From the human T2T-CHM13v2.0 reference genome, Homo sapiens: a stretch of DNA of 64,000 nucleotides. The notes under the pieces are model-generated. The model was not told the origin of the DNA and did no database searches. It saw nothing but the letters and a program-made list of their open reading frames with translations. Positions 21,705 through 37,839 of this stretch are shown in pieces. The DNA lies in the NCBI RefSeq assembly GCF_009914755.1, contig NC_060931.1. The stretch is one strand, 5' to 3'. A program made the position numbers and the translations under genes. The first letter of the stretch is position 1; each line of letters starts with the position of its first letter.

Positions 21705-21798
21705 AAGTTGAGCAAAGTAGGACACATGTCGTCAGGACCTCCTGAGGCTGTGTCATGGAAAAAAATTTTTTTTTAAAGAAAAGCAAAGTTGAGCAAAG
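21705..21798 (+). mobile_element. Short retro-insertion: 41-nt MER4-type LTR hairpin + A-rich tail + 13-bp TSD
   Basis: AAGTTGAGCAAAG at 21705-21717 and 21786-21798 flanks TAGGACACATGTCGTCAGGACCTCCTGAGGCTGTGTCATGG-A7... Confidence 0.75.
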
Positions 21799-22463
21799 CG
21801 TTCCCAAGTTACCTAAATTTTGCATATGATGGTATTCCTTCGGAATGCTTTGGGAAGTTCAGCAGGATTCTGAAACAACTAAATGTGACAACACAAAGAA
21901 CAAAAATAGACAAAGGAAAAAATTTCAAAGATAGTGTGTCCTGTGAAAACAGTCAGATATCCTTTCTTTCCACACTGGCTATATGGGAGAGTCTTTTAAA
22001 ATAAGTTGTAATGATGAAAGTGGGGTTGAATTTTTTAAAAGCAAATTTTGAAAATTACTTAGCTAATAGAAAAGGTAGAAGACTGTGAACTATAAATTTT
22101 GCTAAGTGAATTGAACGGAGAGGTTTTAAAAATGACTATTATTTTCATGAATTATAAAAAAAATTCAAACAACACAAAATATTACAAAGAAGAAGAAACA
22201 ACCTTATGTCCCGTCACCTAAAAATAATATTATCATCATAAATATTAGGGGAATATCATTCTGGATGTGGAAATGAGAGATAACTTAGAATTTTAAAAAC
22301 AACTTACTCTTAGGCAACTAAGCCTGATCGTATTGTTGATGGCCTAATTGTGAGAGACTCTAAAACTGACTTTTTTATATGTCTGTTTTATTTGAAAAGT
22401 TATGAGAGGAGGGGAACTAATTAGAATTCTCAGTCCATAACCAATGATAAGAACGTGAGTTCA

Positions 22464-22880
22464 GGCTGGGCAGGGAGGTTCACCCCTGTAATCCCAGCAC
22501 TTTGAGAGGCTGAGGCAGGAGAATCCCTTGAGTCCAGGATTTGCCCAAGGAAACATATCTTATGTTTTAGATATAGCTGAATTGAGGGTTAAAGCATGGA
22601 CATATAAAATAAAATAAAGATGTTTGCTAATTTCTATTGAACTCACATTAAAAAAAAAAAAAAGATAGAGACAGGGTCTTAATATGTTGCCCAGACTGGA
22701 GTACAGTAGTGCAATCATTAGCTCACTGTAACCTCGAAATCCTGGGCTCAAGCAATCCTGCTTCCGAAGTAGCTGAGACTACTGGTGCATGCCAATACAG
22801 ATGATTTTTAAATATTTTAAATATTTTGTAGAGATAGGTTCTCATTATGTTGCCTGGGCTGATCTCAAACTCTTGGCCTC
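22464..22880. mobile_element. AluJ split by a micro-inversion (head on +, 22464-22543; body and tail on -, 22650-22880)
   Basis: Complementary halves; TSD aa(c/t)gtgagttca in opposite orientations. Confidence 0.8.
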
Positions 22881-23087
22881 TTCAACCCAAACTCTTTATT
22901 TCAATACTCACTGAAGAATATTATTCTTGCTTAGCCATACCCACTTCCCTTGGAGAAGAAAGGGCATATATTTTCATTATAGGTGAAGGTGGATGCTACT
23001 GAGAAGGCCTTTATATATCACATCAAGGCCCATTTTTACTAGTTATACCTCTTTTTCTGAGCACGTGAAATATTTTCCTGAGTCTTT

Positions 23088-23390
<303 letters not shown>

Positions 23391-23413
23391 TTGTAATTTT
23401 TTAAATGTGTTGC

Positions 23414-23566
23414 TTTTTTTTGAGATGAGGTCTTGCTCTGCTGCCCAGGCTGGAGTGCAGTAGCACCATCTCAGCTCTGCAACCTCTGCCTCCTGGGCTC
23501 AAGCCATCCTCCTGCCTCAGTCTCCTGAGTAGCTGGGACTACAGGGCGTGCCACTGCACCTGACCT
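23414..23566 (-). mobile_element. Alu right-monomer insertion (FRAM-like)
   Basis: Right arm only; TSD aatgtgtt(g/a)ctttt. Confidence 0.85.
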
Positions 23567-24421
23567 AATGTGTTACTTTTAACCCCAGTTATTTGTTAAG
23601 AAACTCCCACCCTGAGATTCCTTCTCTTACTGAGGTGAAGTCATTTTTATTTATTTAATTATTTCTTTATGAAAAGGAAAGAGTAAAATTCCCCTTCCTC
23701 ACTCCTAAACAAACTTCATTAAACTCATATTTGGGCAAAAAGTTTAAGTAGAAATTTTCAAACTCAAAGAAAACTTTGGTCCTTTATGTTGCAAAAATCA
23801 AGAACATTACCTGTGTTAAATTCAACAGACATTGATACTGATTATGCAAATGGCAGATTATTCATTCTTTTTAAAATGTGTATGGTAGCTCCCCCTTACT
23901 TGCATTTGACTAATGCTAATACAAAATTAGATGCCATTTCCTGACTTAGTCACCAATTTACATTGAGAAAATATGGGTCAAATAGGTGGAAGAAGAAAGC
24001 CAATATTTCCTTGGTAACCATTATATCAAAATTGAAGATAATTACTTAATCAAAAGTACAGATTTTCCATGCAATGGCTCTGTTTATCTCAAAGTATTAG
24101 CACATTGGACTACCTGACCATTTTTCCTGAAAAACTAAAGTGCAAATAATTTTAGTAAATTAAATCATATTTTTCCACTGACGTGTTCTAATTTAAAGAT
24201 AGAATTTTACTTTTAATTGATCCTTAACTAAGAGTGGCACTTAACTATTCTCTTACTATTGATGCTTATGTGTATCAAGCAATAGATTAAAGCCAGTGCC
24301 ACTGCTACTTTGTTTTACTGTTATTGTATTTAACGAGAAGCCACGTTGTATGTAAAGGAGTTAAAGCCCTACTTCCAAAACACTACTTCCTCCTTCCCTA
24401 AATTCATGAGGTGGCCACCTC

Positions 24422-24761
<340 letters not shown>

Positions 24762-24909
24762 TAAGGCATACTGAGGAAGCACCAACTTGAATTAGTGAAA
24801 ATTTTGAAAGCTATAATATAAAACTACATGATCATATCTCTTCATGGTACAATATGCAATTCTTAGCAGTCTATAGTGAAGAATTTCCAAGAAGAAGGCT
24901 ACTACTTCT

Positions 24910-25120
24910 AGGCACCTTGGTAAACTCATAAAATGAATAAGGTTACTGGGTAATTCATCTAACACATTTTTACAATTAGAATCATCATCCGTCTTGTATA
25001 CTGTATCTACTTTGGTGCCAAATGCCTGCATTTGTTTAGGGCTTTACTACGTATAAAGCAAATTTCACATAATGCTATTTGATTCAGACACAACACTAAT
25101 CATTTTGGCTACCACTGTTT
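24910..25120 (+). repeat. Copy 1 of a ~210-bp local direct duplication
   Basis: Aligns by eye to 26329-26546. Confidence 0.9.
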
Positions 25121-25495
25121 GTATGACTACTAGGAGTGCCTTAATGATATGACTCTTCTTTTAGCTTCTGACAAATGAGTGTTGCTAAGTTATCTGAATA
25201 TGTTCAGTTCCTGTTCACTGAGCAGTTACTATATGCTTGGCATCAAGCTAGAAAATTTTTGTCCTTTTGGGTTAACAATTCACTCTAAATTATCATTCAT
25301 TTTGCCTGGTGACACTTTATCTTATGCTTTATTCAGCACCTGTCTAAATGTACTTATGTATTCAAAAGATACTTAACACTTGTAATAGGTTACAGGCACA
25401 AATTTAAAATGACTAGGGTCTGCGGGTGAAAGTCATTTGCCATGTGGAACAACACTAGTCAAGAAATTAGTTAATCAATCAGTGTTTTGCTCTAA

Positions 25496-25800
<305 letters not shown>

Positions 25801-25801
25801 A

Positions 25802-25927
25802 AATTTTTTAATTGTTGTTGTTGTTGTTATATAGATTAGAGGTTTCTATGTTGCCCAGGCTGGCCTCGAATGCATAGCCTCACCTCCTTATGCGCCAGGA
25901 CAACAGGCCTGAGCCACCGCGGCTCCC
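25802..25927 (-). mobile_element. snaR-related monomeric SINE (ASR/CAS-like, FLAM-derived)
   Basis: Minus strand GGGAGCCGCGGTGGCTCAGGCCTGTTGTCCTGGCGCATAAGGAGGTGAGGCTATGCATTCGAGGCCAGCCTGGGCAACATAG + (AAC)n tail. Confidence 0.65.
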
Positions 25928-26149
25928 TGGCACTGACATTTTAGACCAGATCATTCTTTGTTCTGGGGGACTGTCCTGGGCATTATAGGATGTTCAACAG
26001 CAGCACTTGCCTCTTTCCATTAGATGCCAGTAGTACCTCCACTTCCAGTTTTGATCATCACAAACGTCTCCAGACATTGTCAAATGTCCCCATGGTGGAG
26101 TGGAGGGGAGAGAGTGTCCCTGGTTAAAATCACTGGGCTAGTGTGGAGA

Positions 26150-26285
26150 TCATGATTTCTTTACTAGATTTTAAAGACCTTGAAGGCAGAGACCCAGTCT
26201 GATTCATTGCTCTACCACCTCTTCCCCACCAACTAAATTTAGTTTCTGGCGCAGAAATGTTTCTTGATGAATGTTCTGAAAAGAA
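26150..26285 (+). mobile_element. L2 3' end
   Basis: 'tagattttaaagaccttgaaggcagagacccagtctgattcatt'. Confidence 0.6.
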
Positions 26286-26328
26286 TAAAGTATCTCCTGG
26301 AGTCCTCCACTGTCGTCAGCCCTGTGCA

Positions 26329-26546
26329 AGGCACCTTGGTAAACCCACAGGATGAACAAGGTAACTGGGGTAATTCATCTAACAAATTTGAATACAAATT
26401 TACGATTTGAATAATCATCTGTGTCGTATACTGTGCCCACGTTGGTGCAAAATGCTTACATTTGTAGAGGGCTTTACCATGTATGAAGCACATTTCACAT
26501 AATGTTATTTGATTCAGATATCTAATCACTTTGGCTACCACTGTTT
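26329..26546 (+). repeat. Copy 2 of the ~210-bp local direct duplication
   Basis: Shares aggcaccttggtaaac, gggtaattcatctaaca, atttcacataatg, tatttgattcaga and tttggctaccactgttt with 24910-25120. Confidence 0.9.
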
Positions 26547-27274
26547 ATAATTTAAACTCCCAAGTCCGAGCACTGTATTTTTAGGCAGGAGTGGGAGGTA
26601 TTTTGATTTCAGTGGCATTGCCTTCATTTATTAAAAGGAACTCTTGGGATTGGTTTAATAATAATTGAATTTAAATTTCAGATTCTTTTTTGTCATGTTA
26701 GAAGTAGAACATCTAAAAGGCCCTTCATGATCTAAGTAATTCTGGTTTACTTAGATTCCTGGAAATTGCCAGAGGATTTTAAGGGAGGAGGAAAAAAAGA
26801 GTGAGGAAATTTTCCCTGTGGGCAATTGGGGAAAACAAAAATATTTTTGTGCTGCGGTGACTTCTCAGGAAAGGAGGGTTGGCCAGCAGCGGCTGCATCT
26901 GCACAAGGGGAATTTCCACATTTGGGAAAACATGGTCATAATTAATGACTTAGGAAAGCCAAGAAAACGGACCATGTTGGAAAAATATGATCTTCAGTGG
27001 CCAAGTCATTGTCAACTGATTGGGCCAGAAAATTGGATTATTTTAGAAAGAGATATTTATTTGTGAATATTTGTCTGTAGGTCCTTCCTTCTGTGAATCT
27101 AATAAGTGCCCTGCTCCTGCCTGGAGAGTCGGCTTCTCATAGCCTTTCCCACTCTCTCTGTCTCTCCCTGTCCTAAGGGAAGACTTGCTTTAGACTTCTA
27201 GCCTGAACACTGGCCTGCAGTCTTTTGCTTTGAACATGATGCTTGGGTCTAGCCACCAGAGATTGCTGGATCCT

Positions 27275-27430
27275 AACATAGCCCTCATTTATTGGTGACT
27301 CCATGTCCTGGGCCCTGGGCGAAGAACACTGAAAAACTATCTTGATTTAGACATGAGAAAACTGAGTCTTGGGGAATTTAAGTCACTTACCTAGGACCAA
27401 TACAGCTTTAACTACCAAGCTATACTTCTT
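27275..27430 (-). mobile_element. MIR
   Basis: 'atgagaaaactgagtcttggggaatttaagtcacttacctagg'. Confidence 0.55.
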
Positions 27431-27935
27431 GCATCTCCTCATCCTGTATATAAAGTCTACTTCCTAAATTGGAATGTTCTCACTCTGTATACAATCTCTT
27501 CCCCAGACCGCCTTGTTTAAACTAGATCTGGCCTGGGTTGATGTTCATCCAAGTACTTCCTGGTTACCTGTTCTCAGGAGGATAAGTCTGGGTTAGCAGG
27601 CTCAGCACCATCGAATCTTGGTCTACTTGGGGAATGAATATGTAGTCAGAACATTCTTGCCCAGCTTTGGGGTTTTCTTTTATTTTAGTGATCAATTTTA
27701 TTAAAATAGGTATGATCATCTTTTGCTTCTTCTTTTCATAATTTTCTCAAGATCAGGGATCAGGAATAGCTTGCCAAATTTCAACAGGTATTCCCAAGTT
27801 GAAGGTCAATTTTTTTTAGAAAGGGAAATATCTCTAAGAAAAAAAATCCTTATATTTGACATGTAGATGTAGTATCCAATAGAACATCAACAAAATGCAG
27901 TACTTTGTTTTGTGAATTGAAAAAGCTGCAAGTTA

Positions 27936-28573
<638 letters not shown>

Positions 28574-28836
28574 CTAAAGTTAGCCCTGCCCTGTGACTGC
28601 AATGAATCGGAGAAAACAAACCTAACTAGGATTTAACAGTCTAATTGCCCTGGATTGAACCTCAATGGTATTATAATTAATTTAAAAATCACAACATTGG
28701 GAAATAATGTAATACATTTCTTTTCTGTTGAAATTAAAACATATTAATTAAATCTTATTAATATTTGTTTTCCGATCGCTTCTTGGGCATAGTCAGACAT
28801 TATTACCTTTATTTGGTGATATGAAAACTGAAGGGG

Positions 28837-29768
<932 letters not shown>

Positions 29769-29917
29769 AGGAAATAGTTACTCAGTTAACCTGAGATACA
29801 ATCTAGAAACAGATGAGCAGCAGTATTAAACCAAAGAATTTAATTTTGTATTTCCTTCCCTTTTTTGTGTTTTTTAAACATATATGTTTATTTGTTAATA
29901 TACCTGTATGTATGTGT

Positions 29918-30241
29918 ATAATTATTATTATTATTATTGTTATTATTATTATTATTTTAGAGATAGGCTCTCACTCTGTTGCCCGGCCTGGAGTGCAGTG
30001 TCAAAATCATAGCTCACTGCAACCTCAAACTCCTGGGTTCAAGCAATCTTCTTGCTTCAGCCTCCAGGGTAGTTAGGACTACAGGCGTGCGCCACCGTGG
30101 CCGGCTAATTTTGTTTATTTTTTTAGAGATGGGGTCTTGCTATGTTTTCCCGGCTGGTCTCAAACTCCTGGCCTCAAGCAATCTTCCCACCTTGGCCTCC
30201 CAAAGTGCTGGGATTATGGGCATGAGCCCCCATGCCCGGCC
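29918..30241 (-). mobile_element. AluJ with (ATT)n tail
   Basis: Antisense dimer. Confidence 0.92.
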
Positions 30242-30579
30242 TTACTATAGTATATTTTGGGAGGCACTCACCCCCATATTTTATTTTTATTAATGCATGA
30301 TTTAAAATGTTGCCAAGGCTGATTTGGGACATGTGTTTTTAAGGGTCTATGGACGTCTGAGTGGTACTGTCGAGGCTTGGAGCTAGGTGTGGGTGTGTAT
30401 GGTAGAGGAGATGGTGATGGCAGGTGAAGAAGGGACAGAGGCTAAGGTTTTGGTGAATACAGAAGAGGCATTTACTCCCATTTTTAATGTATTCACTGAA
30501 GATATTTGAAGATGGGAATCCTTTTGTTTTCTATAGGCAAGTCTAGAAGGTCAAAACCCAAGGGATTCTATGTGTGTTA

Positions 30580-30908
<329 letters not shown>

Positions 30909-31697
30909 TGAGGATGTTGCCAAACAGGCATTTTGGAGCATGTGGATCAGCATCACTAGCATGCCATGCCTTTACTACAGATTCAAACTTCCCAAGTTTT
31001 TGCTGCACGGTTTCAATGTACCATGGCCTACCAGATGTACTAAAGGCTAGAACACAGGCTGAGTCCATGGGCCCAGCTAACCACTGATCCAGAAGCCTGG
31101 GCCCACAGAGGGTCACCTTGGGATTGCAAAGGTCTGGAAAAGGCTGAGAGGATCATAGAAAGGAAGAGGATCTATTAATTTTTCTGATCTTGTAATTTTA
31201 CCTGGAGAACAGCCTGATGAAAAATCTAAAATTCTGGTCAAGGGAGTAGAGATGGTTTTAGCCTTTGGAAAGAACATATATAGAAATATGAAAAACCTAA
31301 GAAAAAGGCAAAATGTTTCAGAGGCTAAATATTTCTCACTTCTTCCCAGAATATTTAGGTTTCCCCCTTCTTAAAGTCCTGGCCAAAAATGGAGGGAGGG
31401 GGGAGATTTCCCAGATGTTTCTTTTCAATTGTCCCAGACCTTCGGAAAAGAGTGAGAAAATGCTACCATATTATTGGGCAAAGAGAAGTAAGTCAGTGGA
31501 GAGGGCATTTGATAACTGCACTGAAAGAGTGATACAATTAGGGTATAAGTGGCATGTTTACCTTTGGAAAGGAGGACACAGGAGGAAAGAGGTAGGGTGG
31601 AAGATGTTAATGTTGCTTATTCATTGTGATGTCTTAAAGCACAACACATTGTATGTTCTTTCACTGGCAAAGAATTTTGCTCTATAAAGAATAACTC

Positions 31698-32000
31698 TGC
31701 TAGGCATGGTGGCTCACACCTGTAATCCCAATATTTTGGGAGGCTGAGGCTAGCAGATCGTTTGAGCCCAGGAGTTTGAGAGCAGCCTGGGCAACACAGG
31801 AAAACCCTGTCTCAACAAAAAAATATAAACAATAGCTGGGTGTGGTGGTGCGTGCCTGTGGTCACAGCTACTTGGGAGGCCGAGGCAGGAGGATTGCCTG
31901 AGCCTGGGAGGTTGGTCGAGGCTGCAGTGAGCTGAGATGGCACCACTGCACTCCAGCCTAGGTGACAGAGTGAGACCCTGTCTTGAAAAATAATAATAAC
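31698..32000 (+). mobile_element. AluJ
   Basis: Dimer, TSD aataact. Confidence 0.92.
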
Positions 32001-32069
32001 TAAAGGATACTGGTAATATGTTACACATATTACTTTTATTCTTAATACTTCTACTTAAAAATCTTTCCC

Positions 32070-33540
32070 TTCATTTATTCAATCATTCAGAAATCTTTGA
32101 GGAGAACCTGCCATGTGCCTTCATCTGGGTGCTAGGAATACGACAGCAAACACAACAGATGAGGTCCCAGCTCTCACGGAGCTTATATTCTAGTGTAGGG
32201 GAGTTGGAAAATGAGGAAACACTTACTTTTCATTACATGATACATAAAGAGGTAAATATGATGTGTTAGACTGTGAAAGGTTAGACAGTGATAGCAATGC
32301 AGAGCAATATAATAGGGTGAAGTGATAGATGACAAGCTGGCTATTTTAGACTGGGTGGCTGTGGAAGACCTGTCTGAAGTGATGACATTTGAACAGTGAT
32401 CTCAATGACAGGGAGGAGCTGGTCATGAAAAGATCAGAATGAAGAGCACTCTACGTGGAGAGAACAGATGGTTCCGACATCCTCAAGATGGCAAGAAATT
32501 TGAGTTTGAGAAAGAGAGAGAGGGCCTAGGTGGCTGGAACTCAGTGGCAAATGCAAAAGTGGTACAAGATGAAGTTGGACAAGTGGACAGGACCTAGATC
32601 ATTTAAGCATGGCTGGCCATGGTAAGGAATTTGGATTTTTAAGTGAGATGGGAAGCTCTCAGAAGGTTTTAAGCAAGGAAGTAATTTTCTGTTTGGGCAA
32701 TGAATTGTAGAGAGCAAGGGTGGAAGTCCAGAGATGTTTAGGAAGCAATTACAGGAATTCAGGCCAACAATGACGGCTTGGTCTAGGATACTAGCAGTGA
32801 AGATGAGGAGCGCTGGGTGTATGGGGTGTGTGTGGAAGGCAGAGTCAATGGGACTTTCCGATGGCTTGTATGTAAGATATAAGAAAAAGGAACCAAAGAT
32901 ATGTCCTCTGTTACCAGCTCGGGCACTGGGTGGATGGTGATGCCATTTAGTGAGACAGGTGGGCTGGGAACAAGAAGTGTGGAAGACTCTGATAAATCCC
33001 TCCCAAATAGCTGTTCCTTTCTTCCTCCTTGCTAACACAGCCCTGACTTTGTTTAGGATGACAGTATGTCCAGCTTCAAGTGATGAATTATGATTGCTGT
33101 CATTCAGTCATAATAATCCCATTCCCTTTTGCTAGATACTCAATTCCCTCATCTCCTTTGCAGCTAGGGGTGACTCATTTCTGGCTAGTAAGCCCTAAGT
33201 GAAAGCCTCTGGGGATAGATGTGGCTGTCCGGAATACCATTGCAATAGTTGGACCTATGGCAGCCATCTTCTGACTGTAAGACAAAAGACATGAGGATTA
33301 AAGACCAATACATGAAGTACGATAAAGTAGAAAAAAAAATTTACCTGATTCCTGGGTAGTATAGATGAGCAGCTGGGTCAACACTGGAAATCATCTATTG
33401 CCAAACATCTTGTTTATGAAAAAAGTAAAACTATTTGTTTAAATCTTGTTGTTTGATATAAGAAGGTTAAGGGAAAGAATCAGGAGTACTCTTCTAACCA
33501 TGTTGGTTTGAGATGCCTATTAGATATTCATGTGAAAGTG
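32070..33540 (-). mobile_element. L2a fragment (32070-32975, resumes ~33460-33540) interrupted by an MLT1I/J-type LTR (~32980-33455, +)
   Basis: 'cattcattc...ggtcccagctctcacggagcttatattctagtg'; MLT1 'ggcagccatcttctgact'. Confidence 0.75.
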
Positions 33541-33634
33541 ACTGCCTAATTTCTTCCTTTCTCCAATGGAATAAAATTTTCTAGACCTTTTAAATCTTAG
33601 CATAGGATTATAGCACTAGAAAACATGAAGCATT

Positions 33635-34579
<945 letters not shown>

Positions 34580-36283
34580 TCAGTCTGAGGAACAGGCAGG
34601 TTCCCACATTACCAAGTATCTTCCATCACCATGGTGGGGCAACACTGTCCTGGACTAGAGTATACATTTCTATGAAGATACCTTCTTACCTATATGACAC
34701 AGTGTTCATGTACTGCTGTATTTCCTCTCCTGATATATAACAAATAATCTAGTGAAAATTTCCCACTAACTTACCCAGGGAACTATAAGTAGGCCAAATG
34801 AAGCTTTTAGCACACTTTCTGGTTGCTGATAAAAATCAGCAACTATAAACCCAATTGCTCCTATTTCCATTAGAGCTGCTTTCCAGAACTAGGTCTCCAG
34901 TTATGTACATTAAAAGTTTGCCAACCCACTTATTTTCTTCCTAAATACTTTATTATATGCAGGATGGCTTGGGCTTCATCTACAGCAAACAAATATATGT
35001 ATATATTTGCCAGTGGGCCATCAGAAACATCTATTGATTGTCTATGTGTACAAGTAACTGAGTCTGCAAAATTGCCTTCAAAGGCTAAGTCTCTTGTATT
35101 CTGCCCTTACTGAGAGTCTGTACTCTCCTAAGGTTAATTGGCTTATCATATTCTGCTTTTGTGCTCCCTAGTTTGCCATGATGCTTGGGGTTTTTGCCCC
35201 TACGCTTTTCACTTTGTCTTCCTGTAATTTATTACAACCAACCCTTGTGTTTTTTTTTTTTAACAGTTTTGGATCTGCATTAATTTTTTAGTCCCCAGAG
35301 GAACACTATGTTCCCAAACATTATGTTCTGCACTCTCATGCTCATATCACTTTGTGTAGTGCCAGACACCTCCTGGGATCTCAAGAAATGTTGTTTCTTT
35401 TTAAAAGATGGGTGATTACTCTAGGAGGCTCATAAAAGATCTTTCTCAGTTGAGTTACTTTCACTGTTTATGTATCCCAAGTGGCTTAGGTCAAAATATT
35501 GGTTAATAGAAAGACTCCAAGTCTTTGGAGAAGCTTTACTAGTGTCTCCTCATCTCTGTAAAAGCAAAGATGAGTATTGAATGGTCTTACAGGAGTGTTG
35601 GAGAGAAATGATGAAAAGCATTAGAAATGAGAAGGCCTTTGTTGAAAATATGAAATGCCAGAGTGAAGACAGTATCATTATTCCCAAGCAGGCCTCAGTG
35701 TAAGCGGAGCTCTCTCCACCAATTGAAGCTGTTCATCACTACAAAGAATGGCTGTCCTGCAGGATCCTTTCTGCTGCTGGCTCCTACTGCAGAGAATAGA
35801 AACTTCTTTCTAAATACTGTATCCAAAATGTTTCCTCTTCTCTCAACTTCTCAGCTCTATCCAGGACACTTCACTGCTTTCCTCCAAGGCAAACTTGAAC
35901 CTTCTTCTAAATTCCTTCCCTGAAGGGTGTTTTGAGGCAGAGGGATAGGACCATGGACAGAGGCTTAGCCTACCAATCACTCACACAGCAGGAAAGTCAA
36001 TTCTCTTCCTACCAGGAATCCCTGGGAGAGGGTGTTTACATGAATAGACTCTTCTTTAACTATAGGTCACTTTTCCCTTCTCTAACTTCCTTTGGAGTGA
36101 TGCTGTGTCTTCTAGAAACACTGACTCCTTCCAGCAACTCTCTGCTCCTTAGACATATAAGAAATACTCATTCTTGCAAATGCAGTTCTTAAAATATTTC
36201 AAAACATCTTCATTATAAAATATTTCAGGCAAACAGAAAACTATGAAAAATAGTTTAACAAACATCTATGTGTAAAACAGCTA

Positions 36284-36653
<370 letters not shown>

Positions 36654-37128
36654 TTACAATACATTTGAGGCCCCTTACCTACCGCCAATCACATTCATTT
36701 CTCTATTTTTCTCCTTCCCTCTTTTCACAAAAGTAACCATTATCTGGAAGTTGCAATACGTGATTCCCATGCAACTTTTATACTTTTATATTATACATAT
36801 ATATATATAAACAATACAAAGTATTGTTTTGTGTTTGTAAAGTATAAAGGAAAACTATATTATGCTGTATATAATATTCTGCCATGTATTTTATTCATTA
36901 TTATTTTTTAGATGTGTTTATATTGCAGCCCAAAGAACTAAGCCATTACTTGTAATTGTTGTACATTATTCTCTTGCTTGAATATATACAGGTTACTTAT
37001 CCTTCCTCTTGCCTTAAGGATGTGAAGGTTGTTTTTAGTTTGTTGTCAGTGATGCTATAACAAACAATGCTGCAATTAACATTTAAATACCGGTCTTCTG
37101 GTGCACACCATGTGAGGTTTTTCTAGGC

Positions 37129-37289
37129 CAGAGTCTGTCAACCTTGTATTATTGACATTTTGGACTAGATAATTCTTTGCTGTGGGAAGGATGTTGAGCA
37201 GAATTCCTCACCTCTAACAGCCAAGAATATCTTCAAATATTACGAAATATTCCCTTGGTGGGGAAAATCACCCTTGGTTGAAAACGATG
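37129..37289 (-). mobile_element. MER20 (internally deleted)
   Basis: 'tattgacattttggactagataattctttgctgtggg...aaaatcacccttggttgaaaac'. Confidence 0.75.
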
Positions 37290-37778
37290 AGTCTAGACAA
37301 TTTACCTAAGGGAGGAACTACAGGTCTTAGGATTCATATTAATATACAGTACCATTTTGCTTTCCAAAAGTTCTGTTTCTCCACATTTTGCTAATTTTTG
37401 GCATTTTCAGAATTTAAAAATTTTGCCAATTTATGGGTATGAAATAGTTGATTATTTTTCTTATTGCTTCGCATGAGTTCTTTATAATTTTTGAATACTA
37501 ACACATGGATGGTTTTATGCCTAGCAAAATATCTCCTCTCAGTCTGAGCTTTCTTTTTCTTGATGGTCTCTTTTTTAAAGTGGTAAAATGTATCCATATT
37601 TTCCTTTATGTTTTATACTTTTATGTTTTATTTAATAAGTTCTTCCCTACCCCAAAGGTGTAAACATAATGTCTTGTATTTTTTTCTAGAAGTATAAAGT
37701 TTTACTGTTCATATTTAGGTCTTTAAACCAACTTAAACTTACTGTGACATGAAACAGGAAATATGTATATAATTATTT

Positions 37779-37838
37779 CCACCCGCCTCAGCCTCCCAAA
37801 GTGCTAGGATTACAGGCATGAGCCACTGAGCCCAGCCC
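37779..37838 (-). mobile_element. Isolated Alu 5' head (~60 bp)
   Basis: First 60 nt of an Alu only; no tail. Confidence 0.8.
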
Positions 37839-37839
37839 T

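Noticed and set aside
32541-33038. 165-aa ORF
   Set aside because: Lies in a decayed L2/MLT1 junction; chance open frame.
35240-35270. Strong-looking splice acceptor (T-run + AACAG)
   Set aside because: No paired donor or reading frame identifiable; such sites are common by chance.
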